Positions 24,886 through 37,610 of a stretch of DNA of 64,000 nt are shown here, one piece after another. The notes beneath the pieces are model-generated. The model saw nothing but the letters and a program-made list of their open reading frames with translations, was not told the DNA's origin and did no database searches. The translations under genes and the position numbers were made by a program. Origin of the DNA: Chiloscyllium plagiosum (Eukaryota). Within the stretch, counting starts at the first letter, position 1, and each line of letters opens with the position of its first letter. The stretch lies in the NCBI RefSeq assembly GCF_004010195.1, contig NC_057718.1, forward strand, positions 14,853,992 through 14,917,991. The letters are read 5' to 3'.

Positions 24886-26009
24886 TTGGCACACACTGGT
24901 GGAGAGAATGAATGTTAAATATGGTGGAATTTGCACCCAAAGTAGGCTAGTTGGTGTTGAACCTCTCGCATGTTGTTGGAGCCACACCTTATCCAGGCAA
25001 CTGGGGAGAATTCCATCACACTCCTGACTTGTGACTTGCAGATGCCAGACAGGGACTGGGGAGGTGGGAAGCTGCAGAAATGTCTATCTTTGACCAGCTA
25101 CAATGTTTTTATGGTTAGTTTAGTTCAGCTTCTGGTCAACAAAGAACCTAGGATGTTGAAAAGAGAAAAGACTGACGGGTGTAGAACCATGGAGTAGAAA
25201 GGAGGCCATTTGGATCCTTGAGTCTAAGAAGGTTCTACATGCAATGCATTATCCAATTTAAGATTATTAATGTAGATGGCTTGTCTCATGCTCTGGGAGA
25301 TATACTGATCTATCAGATATGCAAGTTAGCCCAGACTGTTTCACGGCTCTAGAAGGAATGCAGGCAAAAGGAGTTGCCATTGGAAGGCATAGTGTTTTCT
25401 GGAGTAAGCACTTGAAGCAAAACAGAAAACAGAACTAAGGGGTTAGCAAACAAATCAGCTAAGACCTAACCAAATGGTGACACAGGTTTGAGGGACAGAT
25501 CAGTCTACTGCTGTTCCTATAAAGCAGCTGGGAGAAATTTCAGAGCTCAGGGCTGCACCATCTGTTTCACGTAGATACATCTATTCTTGGAAACTTTTCA
25601 CTAACATCTCTCTCCAGAGTCAATTTACCAAGCAGCAATTAATTAAATGCAAAACAAAAATGACATTATCCTGAAGAAGAAATGCCAAGTCAGATAATTT
25701 CAGAGATGCTGTTTTATTGAGCTGATGATTTGAATCTGAGGAAGGAGGGAAGGGCGGGAAGGAATGAGATGGTGTTCTCAATTCACTTCATCTCGGCTGA
25801 TCCTTTGAACCACTGAACTTGTCTTGGTGTTTCCTGACTCAAAGGTGAACTCCTGGTTATCCCAATCACTGTGTGTAGCCTATTGCGTTGGGTTAGAGGA
25901 AATGGCTCTGAGAGAGTTGACTGTCTGCCCTGTGCCCAACATCACCCACAAATACGCTACTCTGCCAATGCCCACATGACACCTCCCCACCCCATCCTCA
26001 GTGGAAATC

Positions 26010-26785
26010 TCCGACCTTGACAGGTAGGTTGCACTCTTCCCTCTGAAATCACATCAGAATGGGTTCAAATCCCACTCAGAAAGTTGGGACCAAGGAGTGC
26101 AACACTGTTAGACTGCCAGCTCTCACCAGAGGTGACATTAAACTGAGGTCCTGACTGGTCTCTTGGTGGATGGAAAAGATTAATGAAGAACAGCGGCTGT
26201 TTATCCTAGTGTAATGTCAACATTTATCCCCTTAGTAAATATCATCAAATGGGAACGACAAATCATTGCTGCGTGCTAATTGGCTGCTGCGTTTCCTAAA
26301 ACAGGAATGTTTCACTGGAAAGATGGGGGCTGAGAGGCAAACTAATAAAGTCTGCAAAATTATGGAAGACATAAAAGGATGGTTAGTCAAAGGCTTTTTC
26401 CCAGGGTGGAAAGGTCAGTTACAAGTGGGCAAAGGTTCAAGGTGAGAGGGGGAAAGTTGAGAGGAGAAGTTTGAGGAAAATTTCTCACTCAGGGTGTCTA
26501 GAACACATTGCCAGTGGATGTAGTGGAAGTAGACACTTTCACAAGGTTGAAGTGTATCTTGATAAAAACTTGAACATCAGGCAAACAGAGGGATAGAAAC
26601 TGCATGTGGGCAAGTTGTAGTGAGTCTAAATAAGGATTAGAATCGGCACGGGCTTTGTGGGCTGAAAGGCCTGTTCCTGTGCTGTATTGTATTGTATAAA
26701 TTGCACTGTATAATGCCTCTACGATTGTGAAGTGTTCTGGGACATGCAGAGGGCAGGAAAGGCTATACATAAATACAAGTCAACC
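26010..26785 (+). mobile_element. DeuSINE-like SINE interrupted by a CR1 3' fragment (about 26315-26695)
   Basis: Head GGGTTCAAATCCCACTC, core ...CAACATTTATCCC...AATTGGCTGCTGCGTTTCCTA; tail resumes after the CR1 as GAAAGGCTATACATAAATACAAGT. Confidence 0.7.
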
Positions 26786-27082
26786 TTTTCTCTAAGCTGC
26801 TCAGGTGGCATCAGTGAAGAAATGGAACTTGTCCAATTCCAGAATGATCCACCTTTGTAGGAAAGCTCAAGGTTAACTCTGCCTTCAGGGTGGGTTGTCA
26901 TCAGCTGTAAATTTCCATTGCTTCTATTTCATCTCAAAATTAACCATTCTGTTAATTTGAAACACGTGGAACAATGCATTGTCCAACAGGAACCCAAAAT
27001 ACTTTTGAGTTTCTGGTACACCTGAAGAATAGTTCAATAACCAAACGGTCTCCTGAGGAGACTGAAATATAACAAGGTACAA

Positions 27083-27355
27083 GGTTGTTGGGTCAGACAA
27101 TGCTGAAGCTTTTCATCTCGTTCTCGTTAGGGCAAACACCAAGAATGTGATATTTCAAATGATTGCAACAATTTATACTATGGTACAAATAACAGAATAT
27201 TGGAGTTATATCATAGTATAATTCATTACAGTCATTTGAAATTTGGCAGCTATGGTAAAAATGCTGTGATCATTTAAAAATTGGCATCCTTGGGTTTGTC
27301 CTGATGAGTGCAAGATGAAAAGGCTTTGGCAACATTCTGTCTTTTCAGCACGATT
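27083..27355. mobile_element. Fold-back element of hammerhead-bearing family C
   Basis: Right arm TTGTC-CTGATGA-GTGCAAGAT-GAAA-AGGCTTT-GGCAA with a diverged inverted left arm; 10-bp TSD CAAGGTACAA at 27073-27082 and 27356-27365. Confidence 0.7.
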
Positions 27356-29652
27356 CAAGGTACAAAGAAATAGAAGGCAAATTTGGGACTAATATCAGAA
27401 AATGCATCTTCAGAGAGTGTGATCAGAGAGTCTGATCAAAACCTGGAATGGCTTTTAGACAAAGCAGTGGAGGAAAAACACTCTGTAATCATTCAAGAGG
27501 TAGTTAGATACAACCATGGGAGGGTTGGTTTCCGCAGAAGATGAGCTGGAAGTGCCAAACAGCCTCTTTCAATGGCACTTAATTTTGTTGCAACACATTT
27601 TGTCACAAAATATATCACAACAGGACCAAGGAGCAAGACAAGAGAAGGTAATTATTTATATATTCAAGCTCAAGCAGCTTCTTTAAAAGAAAAAAGAAGC
27701 AATAAATAAATAAATGCAAATATATCCAACTACAGGATGACTCAATCCCTCATTATGCTTGTCAGTCCGTCTTGCATTCTTAAAATTTCACTGCAGCTTT
27801 CAAACTGAAAGCATTTTGCCATCACATGAAATGTCACTCCGTTGTCATGCTTCTCTCTCTCTCTCTCCCTTCGCTCTGTATCCATTTGTTGCTTTTGTGT
27901 TTTTCAGGGAAAAGATTGTCTTTGTTCACCGGCACAGGCCTTGTGGAAAAGCAGGAGATCCTACAAAGGGGCAAGGTCATTAAGGTTACTTGAATGATGC
28001 TGCAATTGACACCTACAAAAGCCAGAAGTGGGTTTTTGTGGTTGGCATCATGTGATCAGTTCCAAAGGAAAACAAACCATGAATTCTTCCAATAATTCTT
28101 GAATACAATTTTTTTTCTTGTTTATAAATTTCATTCGATCTCCAATCCTTTTGATCAAGCAGATATGGCCACTGAATTTTAATGTGTTGAAAACAAACGG
28201 CTTCCAATTCAATTGTTCAGTTCTCACTGTCACTCACTGCATTCAAAAGCTTTTCCTCATATCACTTTTGCTTCTTTCATTTCAATTTTTTACGTCACAT
28301 CTGTGTTCTCTCATTCTTGAATCTTTCACGAGCAGGATTATTCTCTCCACATTTACTGTCCCGAGATTTCATGATTTTGAATACTTCTCTTCTTCAAGGA
28401 GAACAGTTTCTCAAATCTATCTATCATAATGGAAATTCCTCATCCTTGGATGTATACTTATAAATCTTTTCTGCACTCTCTGCACTGCCTTCACATTCTT
28501 CCAAAAGTGTGGTTCCCAGAACCAGTCAGTAAAACTGAGGCTGATCAAGTGTCTTATCAGCAAAAGATTCTATTCCTTTCTGCTTCATGTGCTTGTCTAG
28601 CTTTCCCTTAAATGTTATTCTATGTTATCAATGCTATTTGTCTTAGTGATTCTTTGTGGTCACAAGGATCACATTCTCACCACTCTCCAGGTGAAGACAT
28701 TTACCTCCAAGGTTTACAAACAGTTGAATCAGTTCGCAAATGGCAAATCAGTTAAGAAAAAAAATCCACAATGATTTTGTAAGTGAGCCACCGAAACATT
28801 TGCAACACTGCATATAATGAAACGTCTCAGTGCAGGGGCTGAGGGAGTCATGCTCTCAAACAATCAATTCTGTCAGTGGCGTTCCGTCTACTGAGGATGG
28901 AATCGAAAAAGCATCACTTGTCAGCTGTCTGCAGAAGGTGTCATATGGAATCACTCCTCAGTGCCTTCACTAAACGTGCGGTGACCCTCAGATAACTGTA
29001 TAGCCCACATCCAAGCAACAATGTCTGAAGCCAAGTGGGCTGGCAATATCAATCAATGCAAGATGGCCATGACAGTGTGGAATTGGTGAGCAGGCCATTA
29101 CCGAGTTCACTGTCATTTATTTCAGACTGAGAAACGGTCCTTGTGCAGTACAAAACAGTTCCAGGCTTTATTGTTTTCTATTGATTCGAACACCTGTATA
29201 AATGTGTCACTGTCGAAATGCAAGATCGATAAGGTTCATTAATAAATCTCTCCTATCAGTACTTCCTATTGCCCAGAGCAGATTGCACGTTAAAAAGGTT
29301 ATAAGAGCACAGACAATTTAAGCTGTTAAATTCCACAAATTTCCATTGAAGATACTATGTGGCTCCTTCAATAAACCATGGAACTACTGTCACTGCTTTA
29401 TTCGACTTTGGGAATGTTTGTTGGACATCATACCTCCAGAAACTGCTCAGGATAGTTTTTGGTGATAGGGAAAGATGTTCCAGAAGCTAATTCAGATTGG
29501 CTTCAAAGGCATATCCTGTCTTAACCATTTTTTAACTGAATTCCCATGGAAAATATTGAAGGCCATTTGTGAATCCAACATGTGTTTTCTAACAAATAAA
29601 CATTAAGGCATCGACCATGCAATAGACATTAACCAACACTTGAATAGTAGTT

Positions 29653-30530
29653 TGCTACACCTCACAGGGATAGCATGCTGAAAACCAAACCCCAAAATTC
29701 CCTGAGTGCCATAAAAATTAAAGATTTTATAAAAGAGTACAAAATTCCTAAATTTTCCTGTCTTTTGTGGACCTTGGTTGATAGAAGACACGGACCACAA
29801 TTCTGTATAATACAAGAATTTATTCCAAATTAATAGATTTTACCTACAGGTAAACAATTATGAACCATTAATATAAAAAAAACTGCTAGTTAAAACTCCA
29901 ATCACTTCATAAAACACATCCTACACACACATACAGACAAACAGAGGGTAAGACTGGGAAAGCACTTCAATGGTGCTTGCTTACAGGATATATGGAAATG
30001 ATTTAGTTTGCCAGGACCTGTCGCTCCTCAATTCTCTTTCTCCAGATACTTTCACCATTTTGTGGGAGGCACAAAGTGACTGGCTCACAACTTTGAAAGT
30101 CTTGGAGGTTAATAGTCACAGTTTACAGGAAAAGATGAGGGGAAATAAACTGGCTTCCAGACTTGAGGTGTTTATCTTGCTGAGGAAAGGGCAGCACCTC
30201 CCTTTCCAGAGGTCCGATGGGATCTTCTATCTTGCTCACACCCATCAGTTGTTCAGATCCCTGACAGACAATGACATAGCTGTTGGAAGACTGACGACCT
30301 TTGTTATCAACAACTCGTCATCACTTCACAGACCAATCAGCTGTGTGTTGCTGGCCAAATCCTGGTTTGTACAGATCCCTTGTCTCCAGCATTTCTACAG
30401 TCCTTCTCCCACTATAAGAGTAAACAGCATTGTAAACAGCCCATACAACTTGCTTTTAAAAAATACAGCAATCCTTTTCAAGATCCTTGGATTTAAAGGC
30501 AGTCCTTTTCCCATTTCAGTCCATGATCAA
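29653..30530. mobile_element. Possible degenerate solo LTR
   Basis: Begins TGCTACA and ends near CATGATCA; strand-biased A/C-rich block and CCAATCAG box; no TSD found. Confidence 0.3.
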
Positions 30531-31349
30531 AGATCGAGAGAAGTAAAAAGATATGGTCTTTACAAAGTTAATTACTTTAAGGTCGAGAAATTAATGGCAG
30601 TATTATTTAAAAATTAGAAAACGTATTTGTGAGTCTGATATATTTGGCACCTCATTATTATCGAGCAAACTGAGTCTGAATAATATATATTTGAAAAATG
30701 GTGCATCATTTTCTCTTTTGTAACATTTGGAGAAAATACAGTCATGACTACTTAAAATTGTACAACAAGTGACCAATACTCTGAAACAGAAGCCACCATA
30801 AATGATGAAAGGAACCACTAAATGTAACAGGGTCCAGAAAGCAACCTTTGTGAGCGATATAAATGGATCATTCAAGAAATGGTGATGATTCCGAAACTTT
30901 ACCTTTCTACCAGTGGCTGTGTTTCAGGGATCACTGACAGCCCCAGCCAAGAACAGGAAATCTCCATTCTGCACAGGACAATCTGACCAACTGGGTTTCC
31001 ATGTTTGCATCACATAAGCTTGGCTATCCGTCCGGAGTGATAAAAGAATTAGTTTGAAATGGAATCAGGCAAGTGAGTTGCTGACTTTGCATGATTGACA
31101 CCTTTAAGCGATTATTAAAAAAACTTTATTGTCATCTCATTCGTCAATGTTTCAGTATTTATTTGGACAAGTTCAAGTAGTATGAAAAGATTGAAGCCTG
31201 TGTTATTGATACTTTAATGGTCTGTCTAAATTAATTAAACTTTTCACATTAGTTCCATATTTGTCATCATTGTTATATGAATTACTGGTTTTGTGAATGC
31301 AGGGTAAATAGGAAGGGACATGAGTTGGCATTGAATTGGGCTGGAAGTC

Positions 31350-31693
31350 TTTTTTTTAAAATCATTCATGGGTAAGGGCATCGCTGGCAAGCATTTATTG
31401 CCTATCCCTAATTGCCCAATAGGCATACAGAGTCAACCACATTGCTGTGGGTCTGGAATCACGTGTAGTCCACACCAGGTAAGGATGGCAGTTTCCTTCC
31501 CTAAGTGAACCAGATGGTTTTTCTCAAAAATCGAGAATGGATTCATGGTCATCATTGGTCTTTTACTTACAGATATTTATTGAATTCAAATTCTACCCTC
31601 GCCCATGGTGAGATTCAAATGTGGGTCTCCAGACACTTCCAAGTCTCTGGATTAACAGTTTGGTGAGAATAGCACTGAGCCATTGCCACCTCC
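31350..31693 (-). mobile_element. tRNA-derived SINE (family B)
   Basis: Reverse complement of the 14915 copy, including the tRNA-like head. Confidence 0.85.
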
Positions 31694-32049
31694 TCAGGGT
31701 ATGAGGGTCAATCAGGTGTGGTTGGGGGAGAAGCATGGGTAAGATATCAAAATGTACCTTTACAAAGGTTTCCAAATTAAGACAATGGCACATGGTTCCT
31801 CTGAGGGTCTATAAACCACAAGTCATAATAAATCAGGCTCAACTGGACCCCACTGTGAAACTGCTCTAGTGAGGATTGCAGGGTCTGAGCTCATTGCTCG
31901 TACCCTCATCGCACAGTGGTAAAAGCTGTTGGTGCCAGAATCCCAGCATCAGATCCCGACACAACATCTTAAATGGCTCTGCAGACATTTCAACTCTGTG
32001 AAAATCTGGCCCTTGGGAATCTCAAACCTGTTTCACTCTAATGCACTTC

Positions 32050-33662
32050 ATGAATGTATGAAGGTGGATAAATCTCCTGGTCCTAACCGTGTATATTCAA
32101 GGACACCTCAAAAGGCTTGAGAAGAAATTGCGGGGGCCCTGGCTGATATTTTTGCATTATTATTGCCCACAGGTGAGGTCCCAGAAGACTAGAGGGTACT
32201 GAATGTTGTGCCTTTATTCAAGAAGGGCTTCAAAGAAAAACCTAAGATCTGTGGACCAGTGAGCGTAACATCTGTTTAGGGGTGGGGGGGCGTCGGTGGT
32301 GGTAAGTTACTTGAGAAGATCCTGAAAGATAAGACATACACATATTTGGGAAGACAGGGTTTGATTAGGAATAAGCAGCTTGGCTTTGTACATGGGAAAT
32401 CATGCCTCACAAATTTATTAGAGTTCTTTGATGAAGTGACCAGGAAGGTTGATGAGGGCAGGACGGAGAACATAGTCTACATGGATTTTAGTTTGGCCTT
32501 TGATAAGGTTCCAATAATAGGCTGCTCTGGAAGGTTAGAGTGCATGGAATCCAGGAAGAGCTGGCAAATTGGATACGTAATTGGCTTGATGGTAGGAAGC
32601 AGAGGACAATGGTGGAAGGATGCTTGTCAGACTGGAGGCCTGTGACTAGTGGAGTCCCTCAGGGTCGGTGCTGGGTCCATTGCTATTTGTTATCTACATC
32701 AATGATTTGGATGCGAAGATACAAGGCATAATTAGTAAGTTTGCAGATGACACTAAAATAGGTGGTATCATGGACAGTCAGGAAGGTTATCAGAAATTGC
32801 AACAGGGCCTTGATCAGCTGGGGAAGTGGGTCGAGAATTGGAAAATGGAGTTTAATATAGATAAGTGTGAGGGCTTGCAGTTTGGAAAGTCAAATCAAGG
32901 TAGGAGTTTCATGGTGAATGGTAGGGCCTTAAGGAGTGAAGTGGAACAGAGGGACCCTGGAGTTCAGGTGCAGAGTTCTCTGAAAGTGGAGTCACAGGTA
33001 GACAGGGCAGTGAAGAAGGCTTTTGGCACACTGGCCTTCATCAGTCAGTGGACTGAGTATTGAAGTTGGGAAGTTATGTTGCAGTTGTACAGGCGTTTGA
33101 TGAGGCCGCACTTGGAACATTGTGATCAATTTTAGTCACCTTGCTATAGGAAGGATGTTATGAAATTGGAAAGAGTGCAGAAGAAATTTACAAGGATGTT
33201 GCCAGGAGGCGAGGATCTGATTTATCGGGAGAGGTTGGACAAGCTTTGACATTTTTTCTTTAGAGCTTAGGAGACTGATTGGGGATCTTGTAGAAGTGTA
33301 TAAGATCATGAGAGGCATGGAGAGGGTGAATGCACTCAGTCTTTTTCCCAGGGTTGGGGAAATCAAGGATGAGAAGGCATCAGTTGAAGGTTAGAGAGAA
33401 AAGAATAAAAGGGCACCTGAGGGGCAACTTTTTACACAGAGGGCGGTAAGCAGATGGAATGAGCTGCTAGCGGAAGTGGTTGGTTGTGGTGGGTACATTA
33501 ACAACATTTAAAAGGCATTTGGACAAATAGGTGGATATGAAAAGATTAGAAGTATTTGGGCCAGGTACAGGGAAATGGGGTTACAGTGGATGGACATTTT
33601 GGTCGGCATGGACCAGTTTGGGCCAAAGGGCCTGTCTCTGTGCTGTAGGACTCTATGACTCA
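32050..33662 (+). pseudogene. CR1 LINE ORF2 reverse-transcriptase region and 3' tail, disrupted
   Basis: [65 protein letters not shown]; stops and frameshifts. Confidence 0.95.
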
Positions 33663-34145
33663 TCAATAAACAATGCAAATGAGCTCCCATTCTAAATCAG
33701 ATCCTGAGACAATAAACAACTGGGGTAAAAAAACACAACCGAATGGAAATGCTTCTCTTCCATGTACCCAGTGAACCCTCCCTAAAGATTGTTTAATTTC
33801 CACATCCTCAGTTAGTTTGGATTCTAATTTGCCTAGCATTAACCTTTGCAATCATTCCAGACTATATAAATGGTCTGTTCATAAAGCGGCAAATAAACCA
33901 GTGTAAATCATGAATTCCAGGCTTTTGTCGATGGTCCCTGGAGAATTCCCAGGGTATTTTATTGCAATGCAAAAAAAAAGCATAAATCTCTTTCATTACA
34001 ATTTTCTGCACCTTGTACAGTGACTACAATGGCTGAAACTTTCCTGTTTCTATGGTGATATGTGGCCAGGAAATCTGAGGTCAAAAGTTATAAGTGTCCT
34101 GTACCAATGTTATAACAGTGTAAATGCATCACTTCCTGGTTTGTA

Positions 34146-34312
34146 ACAAAAAACAGAAAGTGTTGGAGAAACTCTGCACGTCTGGTGGTATTTGTTGAGA
34201 GAAAGCAGAATTAACATCTCAGGTCAGTTATTCTTCTCAGTGGACTGGAAACATTAACTGTGCTTTCTCTCCAACAGATGCTGCCAGACTTGCTCAGTTT
34301 CTCCAGCCATTT
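34146..34312. mobile_element. Degenerate Penelope-like fold-back
   Basis: TGGAGAAACT...GAGAGAAAGCAGAATTAAC inverted against ATTAACTGTGCTTTCTCTC...AGTTTCTCCA. Confidence 0.7.
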
Positions 34313-34628
34313 TCCCTGCCTTTTTGATCACATGGCCTTTCAAGAGAAACTGAGGGAAGAGCTCAACAAATGGATGATAGAAGCAGAGGGACAGAAATAG
34401 TTAAAATGTTAAAGGGACCAGAAAGGATGGCACTGAATCAGACAGTCAGAGATACAGAGCAGATTTTCAAAGCTGGAGGTGGGCATTGCTGAAATCTACT
34501 GCCCTCTCATCCAGCACAATCCTGCATCCCCCAGAAATGGAGCTCGGGGGCAGAACGTTGACTCACACAGCAAAAATAATTAAAGAAACTACTGAGGGTC
34601 CTCTCTTATGCAGACTGGAGCTTTCCAG

Positions 34629-35190
34629 TCATAGAGTCATTCCACATGGAAATAAATCCTTCAGTCCAACCAGTCCACGCTGACCCATGTTCCCAAACTA
34701 AACTAATCCCACACGCCTATTTTTAGCCAGTAACCCTCCAAACCATTCCGATTCATGTATTTTTTCAAATGCCTTTTAAATGTTGTAAATATACCTACGG
34801 TCCACCACTTCCTCTGGGAAATTCATTCAGCACATGAACCACTTCCTGTGCCCCTCATGCCTTTTTTTAAAATATCTTTCTCCTCTCACCTTATAAATAT
34901 GACCTCTTGTCTTACTATCCCCTATTCTAGGGAAAAGACGGCTGCCATTCTGTACCTCTCATGATGTTATAAACCCCTGTAAGATCACCCCTCAACCTCC
35001 TACGTTCTAGTGAGAAAAGTCTTAGCATATCCCAGCCTCTCCTTATAACTTAAACCCTCCATTCCCAGCAACATCCTGGTAAATCTCTTCTGAAACCTCT
35101 CCAGGTTAATAATATCCTTCCTGTAACGGGGAGACCAGAACTGGGTGCAGTATTCCAGAAGAAGCCGCATCAACGTCTTGTACAACATCA
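34629..35190 (-). mobile_element. CR1 LINE, 5'-truncated
   Basis: [39 protein letters not shown]. Confidence 0.9.
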
Positions 35191-35974
35191 ATTGGCAGGC
35201 TAGCTCCAAGGGAGTGAAAGGAGGGTGCAGTGGATGGGAGGTAGCAAGGGCCAGTGCTCCAGTGGGCTCTTTAAGGATACTTCTATTCAGAATCCTTCTA
35301 TTTCAATCCCTCATTGAACAGTGAGCCCACTCTCCAGCCACTCACCATTCATTTCTTTCAAAATTGCAATGGCTTGGGTTTCAGGATGCAGAAGCCTACC
35401 CCTCTACTAACCTCCCCCCCCCCCCCCCACCACCACCACCACCACCACCAAACCTTGGAATTAAATCCAGCCCACACTCTCCATGGCTAGTTGCAGAGGT
35501 TCCAGGAACTCTGGGTCAACGAGACAACACCCTTGACAATTTCATCAGCACTGATCCTGCACACAGGTCGCTCCTTTCATCGTGTGCATCAAATCACTAT
35601 CCCCTTCTCTCCAATGAGTCAATCCACTTCTTCCTTTTCAACCTAAAGTGGCTGGGCACTGCCAATTTTATTAGTTTCATTTTGAAATCCTCACCTTTGC
35701 TCATAGCTATCAGTCACTATTGATGTATGAGGTATTACAGACTGATTCCTAAGCAACAGGATTTGTACTTCCAGAGAAATAACACGACAGCTGATTGCCA
35801 GTATGTGACAGCAACTGCCAGCTATTCAAGTGATTTATCCTTGTTTGCTACTCCTTGTAAAATTACTCTAATTCTGATCATTTTATTTTGCTGAAGTGAT
35901 ACTTACAGGAGCAGCAATCATTACAACGATAGCTACGTACATTTATAGACTCTGAGGTGAGTCACTTTACTTTT

Positions 35975-36275
35975 TTTTGATTAGATTCTCTATAGTGTAG
36001 AATTAGGCCCTTTGGCCCAACAAGTCCATACTGACCCTCTGACCCATTTGTCTATATTTACCCCTGACTAATGCACCCAACACTATGGGCAATTTAGCAT
36101 GGCCAATTCACCTGACCGGCACATCTTTGAATTGTAGGAGAAAACCGGAGCACCTACAGGAAACCCACGCAGACACGGTGAGAATGTGCAAACTCCACAC
36201 AGACAGTCACCCAAGGCAGCAATTGAACCTGGGTCCCTGGCACTGTGAGGCAGCAGTGTTAAACACTGAGTATCA
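35975..36275 (-). mobile_element. HE1-type V-SINE
   Basis: GGAAACCCACGCAGACACGG...GTGCAAACTCCACACAGACAG...GGCACTGTGAGGCAGCAGTG. Confidence 0.9.
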
Positions 36276-36602
36276 TCAAATCTGAAATATACCTCTGGAG
36301 GATCTTTTATCAGGCTGAGACTGACCACTGAACAATGGCCCAGAGCGACAACACTGACCCAGAGAATCTCTTTGAATTTGCTGTTTTCAGTGATGATTGT
36401 GTGATGAGTCACACGACAGTTTTTATATCTGTGCTCTGTGTTTACCATGGTTGGACAAAGGAGGCAAAATAGATGTGGAGGTGGAGAGGCAGTCAGGATT
36501 CCTTTGGGTTGGCTGAAATTGCCAATGCATAAAAACACTTCTCCATAAATTTCTGACTTGACGTGGTGGAAAGATGTGTGCGTTCTCAATAACCAATTGG
36601 AC

Positions 36603-36875
36603 AACTGTCTGTATGGAGTTTACACATTCTCTCCATGTCTCTGTGGGTTTCCTCTGGGTGGTCTGGTTTCCTCCCACAGCCCAAACATGTGCAGGTTAGG
36701 TGGATCAGCCATGTTAAAGTGCTCATAGTGTTCAGGGAGGTGCAGGTTGGGGGGGTAGCCATGGGAAATATGTGGTAGGGGATAGGTTACGGCGGAATGC
36801 TCTTCAGAGAGTCGATGTGGACTAGTTGGGTCAAATGGCCTGTTTCCACACTATTGGGATTCTATAATTCTATGA
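36603..36875 (+). mobile_element. HE1-type V-SINE, 5'-truncated
   Basis: V-domain plus tail GGCCTGTTTCCACACTATTGGGATTCTAT. Confidence 0.85.
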
Positions 36876-37286
36876 GACCCCTGGTGCAATGCTATTTGGA
36901 GCTCCTCATTCCTGGTACAGCAGGAACGTGGTAGGGAGACCAAAGCGGGAGGTGCCGAACAAGATGTGGTTTAAAAAGTCCTTAACTGCAGAACAGGCAA
37001 AGCAAGAGACTCCTTAGACAAACCCACAACCGCTTCCATCTCGAAGGACAATGGCAGCAGATGTATTGGAATACTGACCAGATGCGAGCTCCTCTCCAAG
37101 AGGTTCATTTTCAAATTTGGAAATAAATCGCTGTTCCCTCACTGTCACCAGGTCAACATCCTGGAACTCTCTCCCAAACAGTGTGGGTGTACCTACGCTA
37201 AATGCAGGTCCAGCCAGCAAAGGCTACTTTCTCTAAATGAAAACTTCTAAAAAGAACCGTGCACCTCACTGGCTGCAAAGGCAGTA

Positions 37287-37610
37287 CAGGTAGAAGATCC
37301 TTTACTGGAACATCCAAAAACTGAAAAGCTCCAAAATCCAAATTTTGTGAAGAGTTTTTCTCATTATCAAGTTTGTTTGGCGTGCAAACAGTTAACCCAA
37401 GTCGACACCCACCTCAATGCGTGTCACTCAGATGCAACTTGGGGGGGCGTGGCCAAGTACCGATGGCCTGTTCTTACTAAGAAGTCTGCTCCTCTGGTAA
37501 GATTTTTAAAAATTTCACCATTAAACTGTCACTTATTCTGAAAACCGAAAAATTTCAAATTCTGAAAGAAAGCTGGTCCCAAGCATTTCGGATAAAGGAT
37601 CGTCTGCCTG
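37287..37610. mobile_element. Tc1/mariner (Tigger/pogo-type) MITE
   Basis: TIRs CAGGTAGAAGATCCTTTA / TAAAGGATCGTCTGCCTG (16/18 match); TA duplicated at 37285-86 and 37611-12. Confidence 0.85.

Noticed and set aside
24338..25027. 229-aa ORF
   Set aside because: Chimera of unique sequence and a CR1 ORF2 fragment
29970..30617. 215-aa ORF
   Set aside because: No recognisable motif; lies in LTR-like sequence
35909..35956. Plus-strand AG...GTGAGT exon-like segment
   Set aside because: Stops in all three frames; shows that chance splice pairs occur here
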